Made by a program: the position numbers and the translations under genes
The notes under the pieces: generated by a model
The model's input: the letters and a program-made list of their open reading frames with translations, nothing else
Databases searched by the model: none
What the model was told of the DNA's origin: nothing
Assembly: GCF_032191835.1 (NCBI RefSeq)
Contig: NC_083226.1
Coordinates: 103,664,001 to 103,728,000 of the forward strand
Direction: 5' to 3'
Origin: Heteronotia binoei
Taxonomy: Eukaryota
Length of the DNA: 64,000 nucleotides
In this document: one piece after another, positions 10,550-22,769 of the stretch
How positions within the stretch are numbered: position 1 is the stretch's first letter
Layout: every line of letters starts with the position of its first letter

Positions 10550-10663
10550 TGGACTCTATAATTCTCCCAGTGACCGTAACAGATCACCAAAGTTTCCCTA
10601 TTCACGACGACGGCAACTTTCAGGTGGGAGTGAAAATGAACCTGGTCAGCTGCTCAGAAGGAG
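10550..10663 (+). CDS. EPB41L4A: EPB41L4A coding exon (114 nt; [38 protein letters not shown])
   Basis: aaccctag|...AGGAG|gtgag. Matches human [21 protein letters not shown]. Confidence 0.94.
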
Positions 10664-10883
10664 GTGAGAGTTGATATGTTAGTTGTACAAGAGAAGCATT
10701 TTAAAGTTTTCTAGTCTGTATAAAGGCTGCAGAAACCAGGATGAGGCGATATCTAGCAAAGTGGGTTGGCTATTGTTTTGTGGTAAGATGTTTTATAGTA
10801 AGATGTTCTCATAGTTTTCAGTTTTGAATTTGTAACTTAGAAATATTCAATTACTTGCAAAACTGCTTCTTTGTTCTTTTTAG

Positions 10884-10961
10884 ATCACGATCCCGTTGTA
10901 ATACCAGCAGTGGTAGTGAATCAGAAAATTCTAACAGAGAACATCGGAAGAAGAGAAACAG
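10884..10961 (+). CDS. EPB41L4A: EPB41L4A coding exon (78 nt; [26 protein letters not shown])
   Basis: ttttag|...AACAG|gtaac. Near-identical to the recalled human peptide. Confidence 0.96.
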
Positions 10962-11099
10962 GTAACTGTTAAATTCTGTAAACATTCAGAAAGAACCCTA
11001 TAATTTGCTTAACCTAGAAACAAGACGTCTGCTTATATGAAATTATAAAGAGTTTAATTTGCATGGAGTAGCGTTTTTTCCCCTCACTCTCCATCTCCT

Positions 11100-12670
11100 G
11101 CCAGGTAGTAGTGTGACATATAGTGATTGGAGTGCTGGACTAGGATCTGGGAGGCCTAGGTTCGAATCCCCATTCTGCCATGGAAGTTCATAGGGTGACC
11201 TGGGGAAAGTCATGCACAATAACATACGGTTATTTTGAGGATAAATGGAGGGGAGGAGACTGATGTAAGCCAGGGGTGTCAAACATATGGCCTGCGGGCC
11301 GGATCAGGCTCCGATCAGGCCCTCCAGAGACTGGCTGTCATCTGCTTCATTTTCCCTTGCCTGCTTTTTTCAGTTGCCATTTTGTGTTTCTCCCCAGGTA
11401 AGCCAGAGTAGCAAAGCAGCCTTTCCCTCTCCCCACTCCCTTTTCCCAAAAGGAGGAGGAGGGAGGAGCAGCCTCAGCCAATGAGGGAGGTTGGCTCTAT
11501 AGCTCTGCTGGTTGATTAAGTTTGCCAGGCTCAATTAATCACCCTGCAGAGCTACTGAGACAAGTCTCTCTTCCTTCTAATAAATGGCTGAGGCTCCTCC
11601 CCCTCCTCCTGCCCTGGGGAAGGAAAGAAAGAGCCAGAGCTTCCTTTGCCCAGTCTCCACCATCGGGAGAGCTACAAAGAGTGCTTTTAAGACTAGCAAC
11701 ATTTTAGTGAAGGTATTTGCCTTGCCACAGAGAGGGAGAGAGTTTAGTGAAGCTTTTTGCCTTGCTACAGAGAGGGAGAGAGTTTTGCTGGACTTGTAAC
11801 TGGGTTCCCCTCCTCTTTTTCACTGTACTCATGCCCTCCAGTCTTTCTCAATAGGAAAGCATGTGAACTATTTAGAAGAGAAATATCAGCAATAGGCTGA
11901 GAGTGTGTTCCACCCCAGGTTTACCCAGCATATTTTCCTTAATTTTTCTTTCGCATTTTCCTTTGATTGGGGGTGTTGAATTTAGACTTCCCAGATAGTA
12001 GACTGACACTGACCACTGTACATGGCTCTCTCTCTGTTCTTGTAGTTGTTTTTTGGGGGAAACTTGTATTTTTTTTTTAGTTGTAGCTATTTTTCTGGGG
12101 GAAATTATAGTTTTGTAGACAACCACATAGCCCTCAGTCTGTGCCATGGTGCCTCCACATGTTATTGACTAGTATGTGAAGCAACGTCTGTACAAAAGCT
12201 CACAATGCCCAGCTGCTTCATGTTCCTCTGGGTCTTAGACTCAAAGCATTGACCATAAGATGTCTGTAATGAATGTCAATGAATCAAAAGTAGGTTTGCA
12301 ACTTGCAGATGTGCACACCTGAACAGCACATATTTAAGACTGGCACAGCACAGACGTTGTCTCCAGTTTTTGATGCAATAATTTATTGCAAGAGGTGACA
12401 TTTATCAAAGACTGTAAAACAAAATATTGCAAGTGGGCTAATATTTTAAGCATGTTTTATTTTAAGCAAAAAAAAATCTTTAATTGTGTCTGTGCCCTTT
12501 ATAAAGTTTATATGTCCACTATCTGGCATTACATTTTATGATACACATGGCTCGGCTGGACAAGGTCTCATATATGTCAAATCTGGCCTTCATAACAAAT
12601 GAGTTAGACACCCCTGGGCTGTTTTGGGTCCCCACTGGGAGAAAGGCAGGATATAAATGAAGTATATAAA
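11100..12670 (+). mobile_element. tRNA-derived MIR/CORE-like SINE (11100-11270 and 12617-12670) split by a hAT-Charlie-like MITE (11271-12616)
   Basis: SINE head with B-box GGTTCGAATCC. MITE TIRs CAGGGGTGTCAAAC / GTTAGACACCCCTG. No clean TSD was seen. Confidence 0.7.
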
Positions 12671-13258
12671 TAGTTTCAGTGTAAAAATTGTTTCCAAATG
12701 GCAAATATTTCACAACTAAACATGAAATATTATAGGAAGAATACAAGTCTGTATGTCATTGAATAGATTTTTATTAAAATCTTTTTGACAAAGACCCTCT
12801 TGGTTGCCTTTGCAACTCACAGTATCAACTATTGAGGATAATTTGAATGCCTTCAATAAGAATGCTATGTGTGGACATAAGTTATACTGACATAATTCTT
12901 GTGTTATTTCTGTGTCTTTTCCCATATTTCCTGGGGTGTCAGGAGCTGCCACAATTAGGGATTCTCATTTTGATACAACTTGGTAACTTTGTTTTACTAA
13001 GGACATGTCCATATTGGTCAGGTAGAGATCTTGCAGTTTTACCTTAGTGTTTCTTCATGTTGTTTTTTGGTAGAAAGGTATCCGTAAAGCTGTATTGTAC
13101 AGTGCAGATTGATCTGTGGCAGACTATAGGTAGATGGTCCTGCTTTAGGGAATTAGATAACTTTATTCCCTTCTAGCAGGGTCAGTCGGTGATATGACAA
13201 TTTTGTTTTTTTAACTTTATTTAATAGACGAGATAGCATAACAGTACATAGAATTAAC

Positions 13259-13428
13259 CAGGGCTTTTTTGACTGGCTTAGCATCAGGGGTGTGGCCTAA
13301 TATGCAAATGAGTTCCTGCTGGCCTTTTTCTACAAAAAAGCCCTGTGTGAAACAATGGTAATGTCTGGGGGTGTGACCTAATATGCAAATGAGTTCCTGC
13401 TGGGCTTTTTCTACAAAAAAAGCCCTGA
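13259..13428. mobile_element. hAT-type MITE (octamer-bearing family)
   Basis: CAGGGCTTTTTT...AAAAAAGCCCTG, with two ATGCAAAT octamers at 13302 and 13382. Confidence 0.7.
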
Positions 13429-14577
13429 AATCCATACAGCCTAATACATATGTTGCTGTTTCAAAATTTTCCATGATTAAGAGGCAACAAAAAAATTAAA
13501 GACAACTATATTTAATATGAGCTAATCAGAATCTATATTTGACTGAATCTGTTTGGCGATATATATCAAGGTAAGGCTATAACAGAGTGAGGCTCCCAAA
13601 CATAAAATAAACCCTTATAGGGAATAGACCTTGGCTTTATATATCCAAACAGAATTGACTATATATTATTTAGTAGGACTATATTGTCCATTTGCAAACT
13701 GCCAGGACTAAAGACCAACCCAAAATTAATCTTCAAAACTGGCAGCTGTACTGGGTTGCTAACTGTGCAACAATCTTAAACCCTAGCAACTAGTCTTTGA
13801 GGATATTATCATTACAGCTGCATAGATTAAACTCAGCAAATGAGTTTAATGAGATAATTAAGGGAAATTAATTAAGGCAAATATGCAAATGAGGGGGGAA
13901 AATAAAATTTAGGAATTTTTTAAAAAATTAAAATTGAAAAATCAATCAGGTACTCAGGAGGCCTCTTGACCTGAACCAGCTGTTACTTATTCATCTATAT
14001 ATTAAACTGTTTTCTAGGCCCCTTCTGCTATTATTTAGTCAATAATGCATTCAGAGCAACTCTCCTCAGGTTCTGATTCCTCAGATGTGCTATTGCAGTA
14101 TGCCTGTCTTTTTTCCCCCTTAAGATGATACATCTCCATAAAAGTCTCCTTTATGGTCTCTATAATCTCCTTGGTCTTTAATTTTAAAAAGTCTTCCTGC
14201 TTGTTGTGGCAGGGCACTCAAAATTCATCTGCTGCTCTGGATCCATAAAGATCCCCTCTGGAGCTGTGCCCACACTTTGGCCTCCCAAGTTGTTTTCCTG
14301 TCCTATGGTGACAGGACTTTCAGAGTTTGACTGTTGTTATGTGGACTATCATTAAGATCTACAGTTCTTGGCTGGAATCTTGGTTTTCATGGGAGAGGAT
14401 GAGTGGGGGGAGCTAGAATGGTCAGTCAGGGAGTCAAAAGTGCCTACAGATCTCACCTTTTTCTGCTTGCTTTCAGTTTTGTTGAGATCCAGATTAGTTG
14501 GTTGGGGGTTTGCATGCATTAGTTGCTGGACTTGAGAATTTTTAAAGTACCTTTGCCAATTTTGTTGATAGTTCTAG

Positions 14578-14700
14578 ATGGGTAACCATGCTAGTTTATA
14601 GTAGCAAACTAAAACAGGAGTCCAGTGGCACTTTAAAGACTAAGGACTTAAAATTTATTCTAGCATAAGCTTTCATGAGTCAGAACTCACTTCATCAGTC
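14578..14700 (-). mobile_element. Penelope-like terminal remnant with a hammerhead motif
   Basis: The - strand reads CTGATGA-AGTGAGTTCTGACTCAT-GAAAGCTTATGC, followed by the same TTAGTCTTTAAAGTGCCACTGGACTCC tail as the other copies. Confidence 0.7.
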
Positions 14701-15029
14701 ACAATCTTGTTATCACAAGAATTCACACCACTGTGACAAAATTCTCAGCACTGCAAAATGTCACTAAAACAAAAGTGAGCCAACCCAGACTCAAATGCAA
14801 AAAAAGGTGTTTGAATGTAAAGAATAGTGTGAAGAGAATACCATCTCCTTTGCAAGTGTCAGAGAGATGTTCTTGGAATACACTTTGGTGCTCAGTCTTA
14901 GGAGTTCCACTTCTACATAGATGTTGGTCCAAATTAATTTTTTTACTGTGCATTGTGCCCAAATTGGTATTCTGCATTGCCTCAGTTTTGTGTCAGTGTA
15001 ATCTAAAAGCCTGTTCTACGACATGATTT

Positions 15030-16495
15030 TTCAATGACTAAGTGTGAATGTGGATCTGGAAACCCTGGTCTAATTGCTTGTTTGTTGGTTTCTATTTATA
15101 TCCTGCCCTCCCCGCAAGTGGACTCAGGGCAGCTAACAAGCCAAAAAGGCATCATAAAACACAATAATCAATATAAAACAATATTAAAACAGTAGATCAT
15201 AAAACATTCAGACAATAACATTGGTGCTGTTTCCAGATAGAACATATTATAAAAAAACTAGGCAGTGTTCCCATAGTTCTCCACAGTTTTCAGATCTACT
15301 AATGGCATCAGTTGACGGCATACAGGTGTGCGATAATGGTAGAATAAAACATTCAGCTTCGAAGTGGTTTGGCAGCTCTCTCCCATCTTAATTCCCAAAT
15401 GCAAGTTGGAACACTGCAGTCTTACAGGCCATACAGAACTGAATGATGTCATCCGCAGGGCCCTGATGTCATCTGGGAGAGCATTCTGCAACATTGGCAG
15501 TGCCACTGAGAAGGCTCTGGCCCTCAATCTGGCCAAGGAACTGTCAAAAGATTCAGGGCCCTTGAATGCAGCACTCTCTGGGGTATGTGCGGGGAGAGGT
15601 GATCCCATAGGTAGGCAGGTCCCAGGCCATAAAGACAGCCCTGGCGTGTGGGGTTCTGTCACCCCAATGCGTGCCCCCCAAAGTAGACTTCTCGTGCGTG
15701 GCATGATGACACCACCAACGTGTGATGTCATCATACCATGCGCTCAGCACGTCCCCTCCACAGTGCTCAGCAGGCGCTGGAGAGGGGAGATCCCTTTATT
15801 TGCTTTAATGAGTCAGTGGAACTCCTCTGACCCCTTAAAGCCAAGAAAAAAACCTGAACAGTTTCCCTCTGCAGTGCTCACCGAGTTTGGCGGGCGCTGG
15901 AGAGGAAAAGCCCCATTTTTTTCTTGGCTTTAAGGGGTTGGTGGAACTCCACCTCCCACCCCCTGCCCCTGCTGGGAGCTGGTGCCCTAGGCATTTGCCT
16001 AGTTTGCCTACTCCCACACCACCAGCCCTGCATATAGGGCTTTAAAGGTTAATACCAGCACCTTGAATTGGTTCCGGTATGCAACAGGCAACCAGTGCAC
16101 TGCTTTCAGCAAAGGTTGGATGTGCTCGTGCATAGGAAGCCCCATCAACAACCTGGCTGCAGCATTCTGCAGCAGTTGCAGCTTCCAGATCTGAGACAAA
16201 GGCAGCCCCATGTAGAGGGCATTACAGTAGTCTATTCTTGAGGTGACCATTGCATGGATCACCATTGCTAAGTATCTGAGTTCAAGGAAGGGGGCCAATT
16301 GCCTTATCCACTGAAGGTGATAGAAGGCTGATTTGGCAGTGGCTGCTACCTGGGCCTCCATTGACAGGGAGAGTTCCATGAGTACTCCCACGCTCTTGAC
16401 CTTTGGCATCAGTATCAGTGGCCGGTAAGGGGATCTCCCTTCCCAGGCTGCCATAGTTTAGGTAAAGGACCTCCGTCTTCATTGGATTGTACATG
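15030..16495 (-). mobile_element. L2-clade LINE fragments (15030-15545 and 16020-16495) interrupted by an inverted-repeat-containing insert
   Basis: ORF 16008-16454: VKSVGV...SRIDYCNALYMGLP...LQLLQNAAARLL, the L2 RT C-terminus. Confidence 0.8.
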
Positions 16496-16922
16496 TAACT
16501 TGTTCTTTAGGTCTTCCCTCCTTGTAATTCTTTTAGGGGAAAATGGACTTTCCACTTGCCTTTACCTCAAGAAGGCAGACTGAAGTTATTTTGCCTTATT
16601 GTGAAGGGTAGACACCTTTTGTTTCTTGTTTTCTGAATAGGCTATTACTCATATTTGTCCCACTGATTCAGTTGAAGAGTTAAACGTGTTTCCCATTGAA
16701 ATAAATTGATGGGATTTAAAAATGCCTAACATTCACTGAACTTCCACCCGTAATGTTCATTTTTTCTCTCCTGTTCTTTATTGGTTTGTATGAAGTATGA
16801 ATTCATAGGTCTTTTAAAATGTTCACATCCTTAAACATGCTTTTCTGGAAGTGATATAATAACCAAAGCTCAAACAATTGATTCTTCAGATGTTCATGGT
16901 TAATATGCGAATCTTTCCACAG

Positions 16923-17042
16923 GTTGCGGCAGGAAAATGAGATGGTTGATTCAGCTCCACAGTGGGAAGCAGTGCTAAGGAGACAGAAAGAGAAAAACCA
17001 ATCTGACCCTAACTATCGGCGATCCAGGCACAGATCTCGTTC
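16923..17042 (+). CDS. EPB41L4A: EPB41L4A coding exon (120 nt; [40 protein letters not shown])
   Basis: ttccacag|...CGTTC|gtatg. Matches the human peptide. Confidence 0.96.
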
Positions 17043-18926
17043 GTATGTTAATCCTCTTGAACTTTTACAAAACATCTAGAATTCTGGCTACAAATACAAT
17101 GTTCTTTCAGGTTTTGTGCTCTCAATTAAGTAGATTCTGAAAATAATGAGTTTTGCTTTGCCACAATCCAAGAGAACTACATACCAGAGCGGGGGTTGTG
17201 TGGGTTCTGATAACTCCTCTCATACTGCAAATGATATTTTCAAAATCCAGGAGAAAAGATGAGAAATGGTAGATGCAGAAAAGGAAATGGTTTGGGATCA
17301 TAGCCATTTATTCCAGGTAAAATTCCAACCCCAACAGAATGAGTTTGCTGGAGTCAGCCAATGTTGTAGTATTTATTATAATTGACAGGCAGCCAGATTT
17401 TTTGTTTGCTTCTGATTTCCTGAACTCTACCCTTGCATTCTAAGTAGTATTCTTGTGTTTGATTTTAACGTTTGAAATTCATACAAAAAGTATATTTTAA
17501 ATTGGATAGTTTTGCTGCTATATTGATACTATTTTAATTAAAATACATTTTAAAAATATGCATGTTCAATTTAGAGATTTCTTACATACACATTTTTGGT
17601 TTTGTGCTTAAATATATTTTCTGATAAGAGAAATTCTCTTTGTGCTTGAGAGTTTTAGATATCTCTTTTATGACAAAATAAAACAAGATTGGTGGAGTTG
17701 AATGGAATAGAAAAATGCTAAACAGCTCCAGGGTCACAGGTGGAAGGACCCAAGGCAATACTGAAGTCTGTTTCAGAAAGACCTCTGAATGCCCTCTAAA
17801 TGTATGTCCAAAATAGATTTATTATCCAGTCCATGACTTACTACAGCATCTGTTCATGATGTTAATGTAGTTGCTTAAGCAGCTTGTGGCTTTATGTAAA
17901 TGTGCTACTAGGTAATAATTCCATGCAAATCAGATTAACTATTTTGCATTATAAGGATGTGCAAGACTGCATCCTGAAGATAATATATGTATAGAACATC
18001 CACTGAACACAGTAGGATAACACAGCCCTCCCCCCCATACTTGATTCAGCCTAAGAACTCCGTTTCTATGGTGTAAACCCCACTGAGCTCAATCAGACAT
18101 ACTTTAGAGTAATCAAGTTTAGGACTACATTGAACATCTTAGACTTTATGGCTTTCATTTGTTTTCTTGTGATGCTACATGTATAGAATGGGTACCATGA
18201 TTCAAATTGTTGGAATCCAGAGGCTCTGCCTAAGAACATTGCAAAATATTTTAAGGGAAAAACCTTCCTCAGAGGAAATTTGGGTGTAGGGGGTGGGGAA
18301 GCTTGATCATTCACTCCAGTAAAGTGTGCTGCTCATTGTGTAGAGCTAAAGACAAGGAATGTAGCTGTGATAGACAGATCCATATTTTTGCAATAAGCTG
18401 ATCTCACAGGTTAACCATTTTGGTTGGTGTTGAAATGCCAAGTTTGAGCATTATTTCATTCTTTGAACACCTACATTCTTATTAGATAGTGACATGGATC
18501 AGCTGGATAATCTCTGCTAAGGAAGGCATTTCCCTCAGTGGAACAGGATTGTTGCACCCATACACACGTATGCACACCACATCTTGAAATAATCCTCATA
18601 ATGCTGCTGTACACAGAACCCCCAGCAACATCATGAGGGACACACTGGAAGTCTGCAGCCAGAGGAAGGAATTTGCAAAAATCACTTCCCTTTTGGGAAA
18701 TTTACTGAGGGATCCAACTTTTTCTGTCAAAAAAAAGGAAGTGATGGCAGGAGAACTAATTTCAGCTAAGATTCAGAACTTCAGGCTAATTTCAGGCTAA
18801 GGTGCAGAACAGTTTGGGGAATTCATGGTAAAGTTGGTAGTGTTCTATTATGTGTACATGTGTTCAAAGTTTGGATCCAGTTGCACCTTTTAGATCAAAA
18901 AAATTCTATTCATATTTTATTTAATT

Positions 18927-19200
18927 TAGAAGAAGACAACGACTGCAGATTTATACCCTGCCCTTCTCTCTGAATCCGAGACTTGGAGAGCTTACAATCT
19001 CATATGTCTTCTCCCTCCACAACAGACACCCTGTGAGGTTGGTGCGGCTGAGAGGGCTCTCACAGCAGCTGCCCTTTCAAGGACAACTCCTGCGATAGCT
19101 ATGGCTGACCCAAGGCCATTCCAGCAGGTGCAAGTGGATGAGGGGGGAATCAAACCCGGTTCTCCCAGATAAGAGTCCACACACTTAACTTCTGCACCAA
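18927..19200 (-). mobile_element. tRNA-derived CORE SINE (Squam3-like)
   Basis: A/B-box head (GGTGCAGAAGTTAAG...GGTTTGATTCC) and a simple-repeat tail. Related copies at 35180, 40095, 43650 and 60722. Confidence 0.8.
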
Positions 19201-20220
19201 ACAGGCTATACCTTGAATAACATTTTGTTAGTCTTAAAGGTGCCACTGGACTCAAACTTTGTTATGCTGCTTCAAGCCAATAGTTACCCACTTGAATTCA
19301 GTTTTGTTCAGTAACTAACAAGATAAAAGACTCCCTCTTGTGGGCAATTTAAACATTACAAAATCAGCTTTTAATTTGACAGTCAAATAACTGTCTAGTT
19401 TCTTAGCTTTGTTGCCTGTTGTTGAAGTAAGTGTCCAGTTTTTGCAATGAATTAAAAGAAATCTGTTTAGAAACAGTGTATAAGATTATATGGCACCCAT
19501 ATAGGATTATTATTCTCAATTAATCCCATAGCAAAATGCTTCCCAATATTCAGCAATGTAGATCAACAACCATTGACTCTGAGCCCAACAATACACCAGA
19601 TGGTTGTGGGCTCATTCCTGCCTTTGCATTCACACAGAACAGTCCAGGCAGGAGAGCCATTGCTTCTCTCACAGCCCCAATCAGCTTCCAGGCAGCACAG
19701 GAAGCAGAGAAACTTGGTACTTCCGTGTTAGTAAGGAACTAGTGCTATGTATTACTTCATACTGAAGCCTTTTGGGTGCTGTTTTCTTTTCCACATTTTG
19801 GTGCTGTAAGGCTCATTTCTAGAAATTCAAGCACAATACCAATGTAGCCAAAGGGCTATTTTAAAAGAATATTATAAAGAACCATTAAAATCACTTACTT
19901 AGAAGTACAGAATATTGCTTACTTACAAATAATTACCGTATTTTTCGCTCCATAAGACACACTTCCCCCCCTCCCCCCAAAATGGGGGGGAAAGTGTGTG
20001 CGTCTTATGGAGCGAATACTGCAAAAAAAAGAGTGCCTCCAAGCGTGCCTGCGCAAACGCCGCACGAGCGGTCGGAGCGGGGCCGGGACCCCTGTCTAGG
20101 GCTTTGCCGCCGCTGGAGCCAGGCTGGCCAGCCGCATTCAGGTCCTTATCCGCATTCAGGGGAGCTGCTGGACTCCTGCCTGCGTGGGGCTTGGGGAGGG
20201 AGCAGAGGGGCGCAACCTAC

Positions 20221-20466
20221 CAGCTGGGTGGGCAGGCAGGCGCGGCACAGGGCCTCGGAGATGCTGGTGCTGCTGGTGGTGGGGGGCCTGCTGTGGGCGC
20301 TAGCGCCGCTGGTGCTGCTGGGCGAGGTGGCCGAGGGCACGGCGGCCGAGGAGGTGCAGGGCGAGGCAGAGTACAGGGCTGAGTACTTGGGCGCGTGCAG
20401 GCTGCCGCCCCTGCCACCGTGGGCCATGGCGAAGGGCTGCTTGCTGGTGAGGGACATCATCATCAT
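20221..20466 (-). pseudogene. POU4F2: Captured POU4F2 (Brn3b)-like exon 1, copy A (82 open codons ending at a GTAGGT donor)
   Basis: MMMMSLTSKQPFAMAHGGRGGSLHAPKYSALYSASP...SEALCRACLPTQL, compared with recalled human MMMMSLNSKQAFSMPHGGSLHVEPKYSALHSTSP...SEAMRRACLPTPP. The phase-0 donor sits at the homologous position. Confidence 0.85.
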
Positions 20467-20599
20467 CGCGGAGGGGGCAGCATGCCAAAGTGGCCTCAGT
20501 CGCTGCTGCTTGCAGCTCGGGGGCGCCCACCTGCCTCGCTGCCACTGCCGCCTCCTGCCTGCGCGGGGCTTGGGGAGGGAGCAGAGGGGTGCAACCTAC

Positions 20600-20772
20600 A
20601 GGTGGGGTGGGCAGGCAGGCACGGCACAGGGCCTCGGAGGTGCTGGTGCTGCTGCTGGTGGGGTGCTGCTGCGGGCAGTAGCGCTGCTGCCGGCGCTGGT
20701 GCTGCTGGGCAAGCTGGCTGAGGGCACGGTGGCCGAGGAGGTGCAGGGCGAGGCGGAGTGCAGGGCCGAGTG
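20600..20772 (-). pseudogene. POU4F2: Captured POU4F2-like exon 1, copy B (5'-deleted, frameshifted)
   Basis: SALHSASPCTSS...SEALCRACLPTPP|gtaggt. Tandem duplicate of copy A with the same intron-start sequence. Confidence 0.8.
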
Positions 20773-22357
20773 GCCTTAGTCGCTGCTGCCTGCAGCCCGG
20801 GGGGCGCCCGCCTTCCTCGCCGCCGCCTCCTGCTGCTGCCGCTCTGCCTCCCGCCACTCTCCGCCGTCCGACTGGCCCCGCCGCCGCCTCGCCACTCAAT
20901 TTTGACTGGCCCCGCAGGCCCCCTCCCCGCCTCGTCGCCGCAGCCCCTAACTCTGTGGGAAAAGTGCGGCGCTTCGCCTTCCTCAAGTCCTCCTGGTCTG
21001 CCCCCGCCCTCCCCTGCAGCAACAGCAGCTCCTCCTCAGGTGCCCCTGCCTGCCCTGTCCAGTCCTGTCCCGCCGGCCTCAGCCCTCCTTGCCCTGGTGG
21101 GACAGAGCGCCCCTTATTGTTCTTGGTGCGGCTGGCGCTGCCACCCCCTCTTGGCTAGACAGGTGCCTCTGCCTGCCTCGCGGTGCACCAGAGAGAGACT
21201 GAGACCTCGCACCAAGTGGGCTCTGCGTGTCTTTCTCACTCCCTCTGTTGCCGGCTGCTTGGTGCCCATTGGATGGCTGCGAGGCTGGAGCTGACACGCG
21301 GAGGGAGACTCATGTGTCCTGCAGAGCGTGCGTGTGGCAGTGCCACCGGGGGCCCAGAGTGGGGCGGGGGAGGACTCGGGAGGAGGGGCCGAGGGAGAGC
21401 GGGGCCAGGCAGAGGAGAAGCGGAGCAGAGGTGCTGGGTAGCCTCAGGGGCTGCTGCTGCTGGTGCTGACAAAAGTGGTGAGCCTGAGCCCAATTGGGAG
21501 GAGGCCCTACCCCCCCCCCGCTTCAGGGTCATCAGAAAGCACGGAGAGGGGAGGGAAATGTCTGGTGGCATCTTAAAAGATTTACGGTAATAGATTTACA
21601 GCACAATCCTCTGCAGCCTGCTTTCCTGTCTATACTAGATTTATTTCAGTGGGCCAAAATGGATTCTGATCTACAAAATTTAGGATAACATCCTGTTGGT
21701 CTTCAAGGTGTCATAAGAGTCTCAGTGTTTTTTTTTTTGGCTCCCCCTTCCCCCCAAAAAAGATTGCACTTTTAGGCTGCTGTTGTGATGCATGTTGCTT
21801 TGAGAGTTAGCCCCTTCGAATGTGGTGTGATTTTATTATGAATACACATCCATAGAATTGCGCTGCTGTTGTAACACAAGAATTTGTGGATATGAGTTGA
21901 CTTTCATTAGAGACTATACTTGAACTTAAGCCAAAAAGCCCAGATGTTGTTTGTAAACTTTTACCATAACACATCTGCGTTTTTTAAAGGGTGCCCCAAG
22001 ACTTTTGTGTTTTGTTAGTAGCAGGCTTGTGAATTTGTTGTAGCTGTTCAGAGTCTTTTGATGTTTTAAAGACTGAAACATTTATTGTGGTAGAAGTTTT
22101 GTTTGCTGTTGGTTGGATATGTTTGGATAGATGCAGTAGTCTTCCATATTGAGTCAATTCATCTCATGTTGGGTTTTATTCTTTTCCTACTGTCTTAGAC
22201 TTTTCCCAGCATTGTTGTCTTTTCCAGTGAGTCTTGTTATCTAATAATGTGACCAACGCACTATAACTTTATTTTTTTCCCTGTTTTCCTCCTCTAAAAA
22301 CTAGGTGCGCCTTATGGTCAGGTGCGTCTTATGGAGTGAAAAATACAGTAATTCATG

Positions 22358-22510
22358 CTGATGATAGAGGTTTACAAAATTATGCATCGGATAGCGAAGG
22401 TAGAGAAAGAAGTATGTTTCTCTCTTTCTCATAATACAAGAACTCGTGGGTACTCAATGAAATGAGCAGTAGGCTTAGAACAGATAAGAGGAAATATTTC
22501 TTCACCCAAA
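22358..22510 (+). mobile_element. CR1 3' fragment
   Basis: Homologous to 1157-1310. Confidence 0.8.
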
Positions 22511-22769
22511 GACCCTGTTCGCACAGCATGTTGAGTCCATGTTAAACTGACCCGGTTCTGTTCCAATTAGCTTTGTTCTGGATATTATCGATCAGACTGC
22601 CATACTGCAATTTGAATCACTCCGCCTTTAAAACCGCGGTGAAACCATGACGGCAACATGCAGTTATTTGTTTTGTTTCCCCCACTATTATGCACATAAG
22701 TGCATAATACACATAGGTCAGAAAACATGCGCATACTGCTAAGTTGTAAAAAAAAATGACATCTGGATG

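Larger units (their letters stand above)
19936..22348. mobile_element. Non-autonomous Tc2/pogo-like (Tc1/mariner superfamily) DNA transposon carrying host-gene cargo
   Basis: TIRs of about 25 bp: CCGTATTTTTCGCTCCATAAGAC at the left end and GTCTTATGGAGTGAAAAATACAG at the right end. TA lies on both sides (19934-35, 22349-50). No transposase. Confidence 0.85.

Noticed and set aside
19982-20779. 265-aa + strand ORF with hydrophobic, signal-peptide-like stretches (MLVLLVVGGLLWALAPLVLL)
   Set aside because: It is the antisense shadow of the Ser/Thr-rich POU4F2-like cargo.
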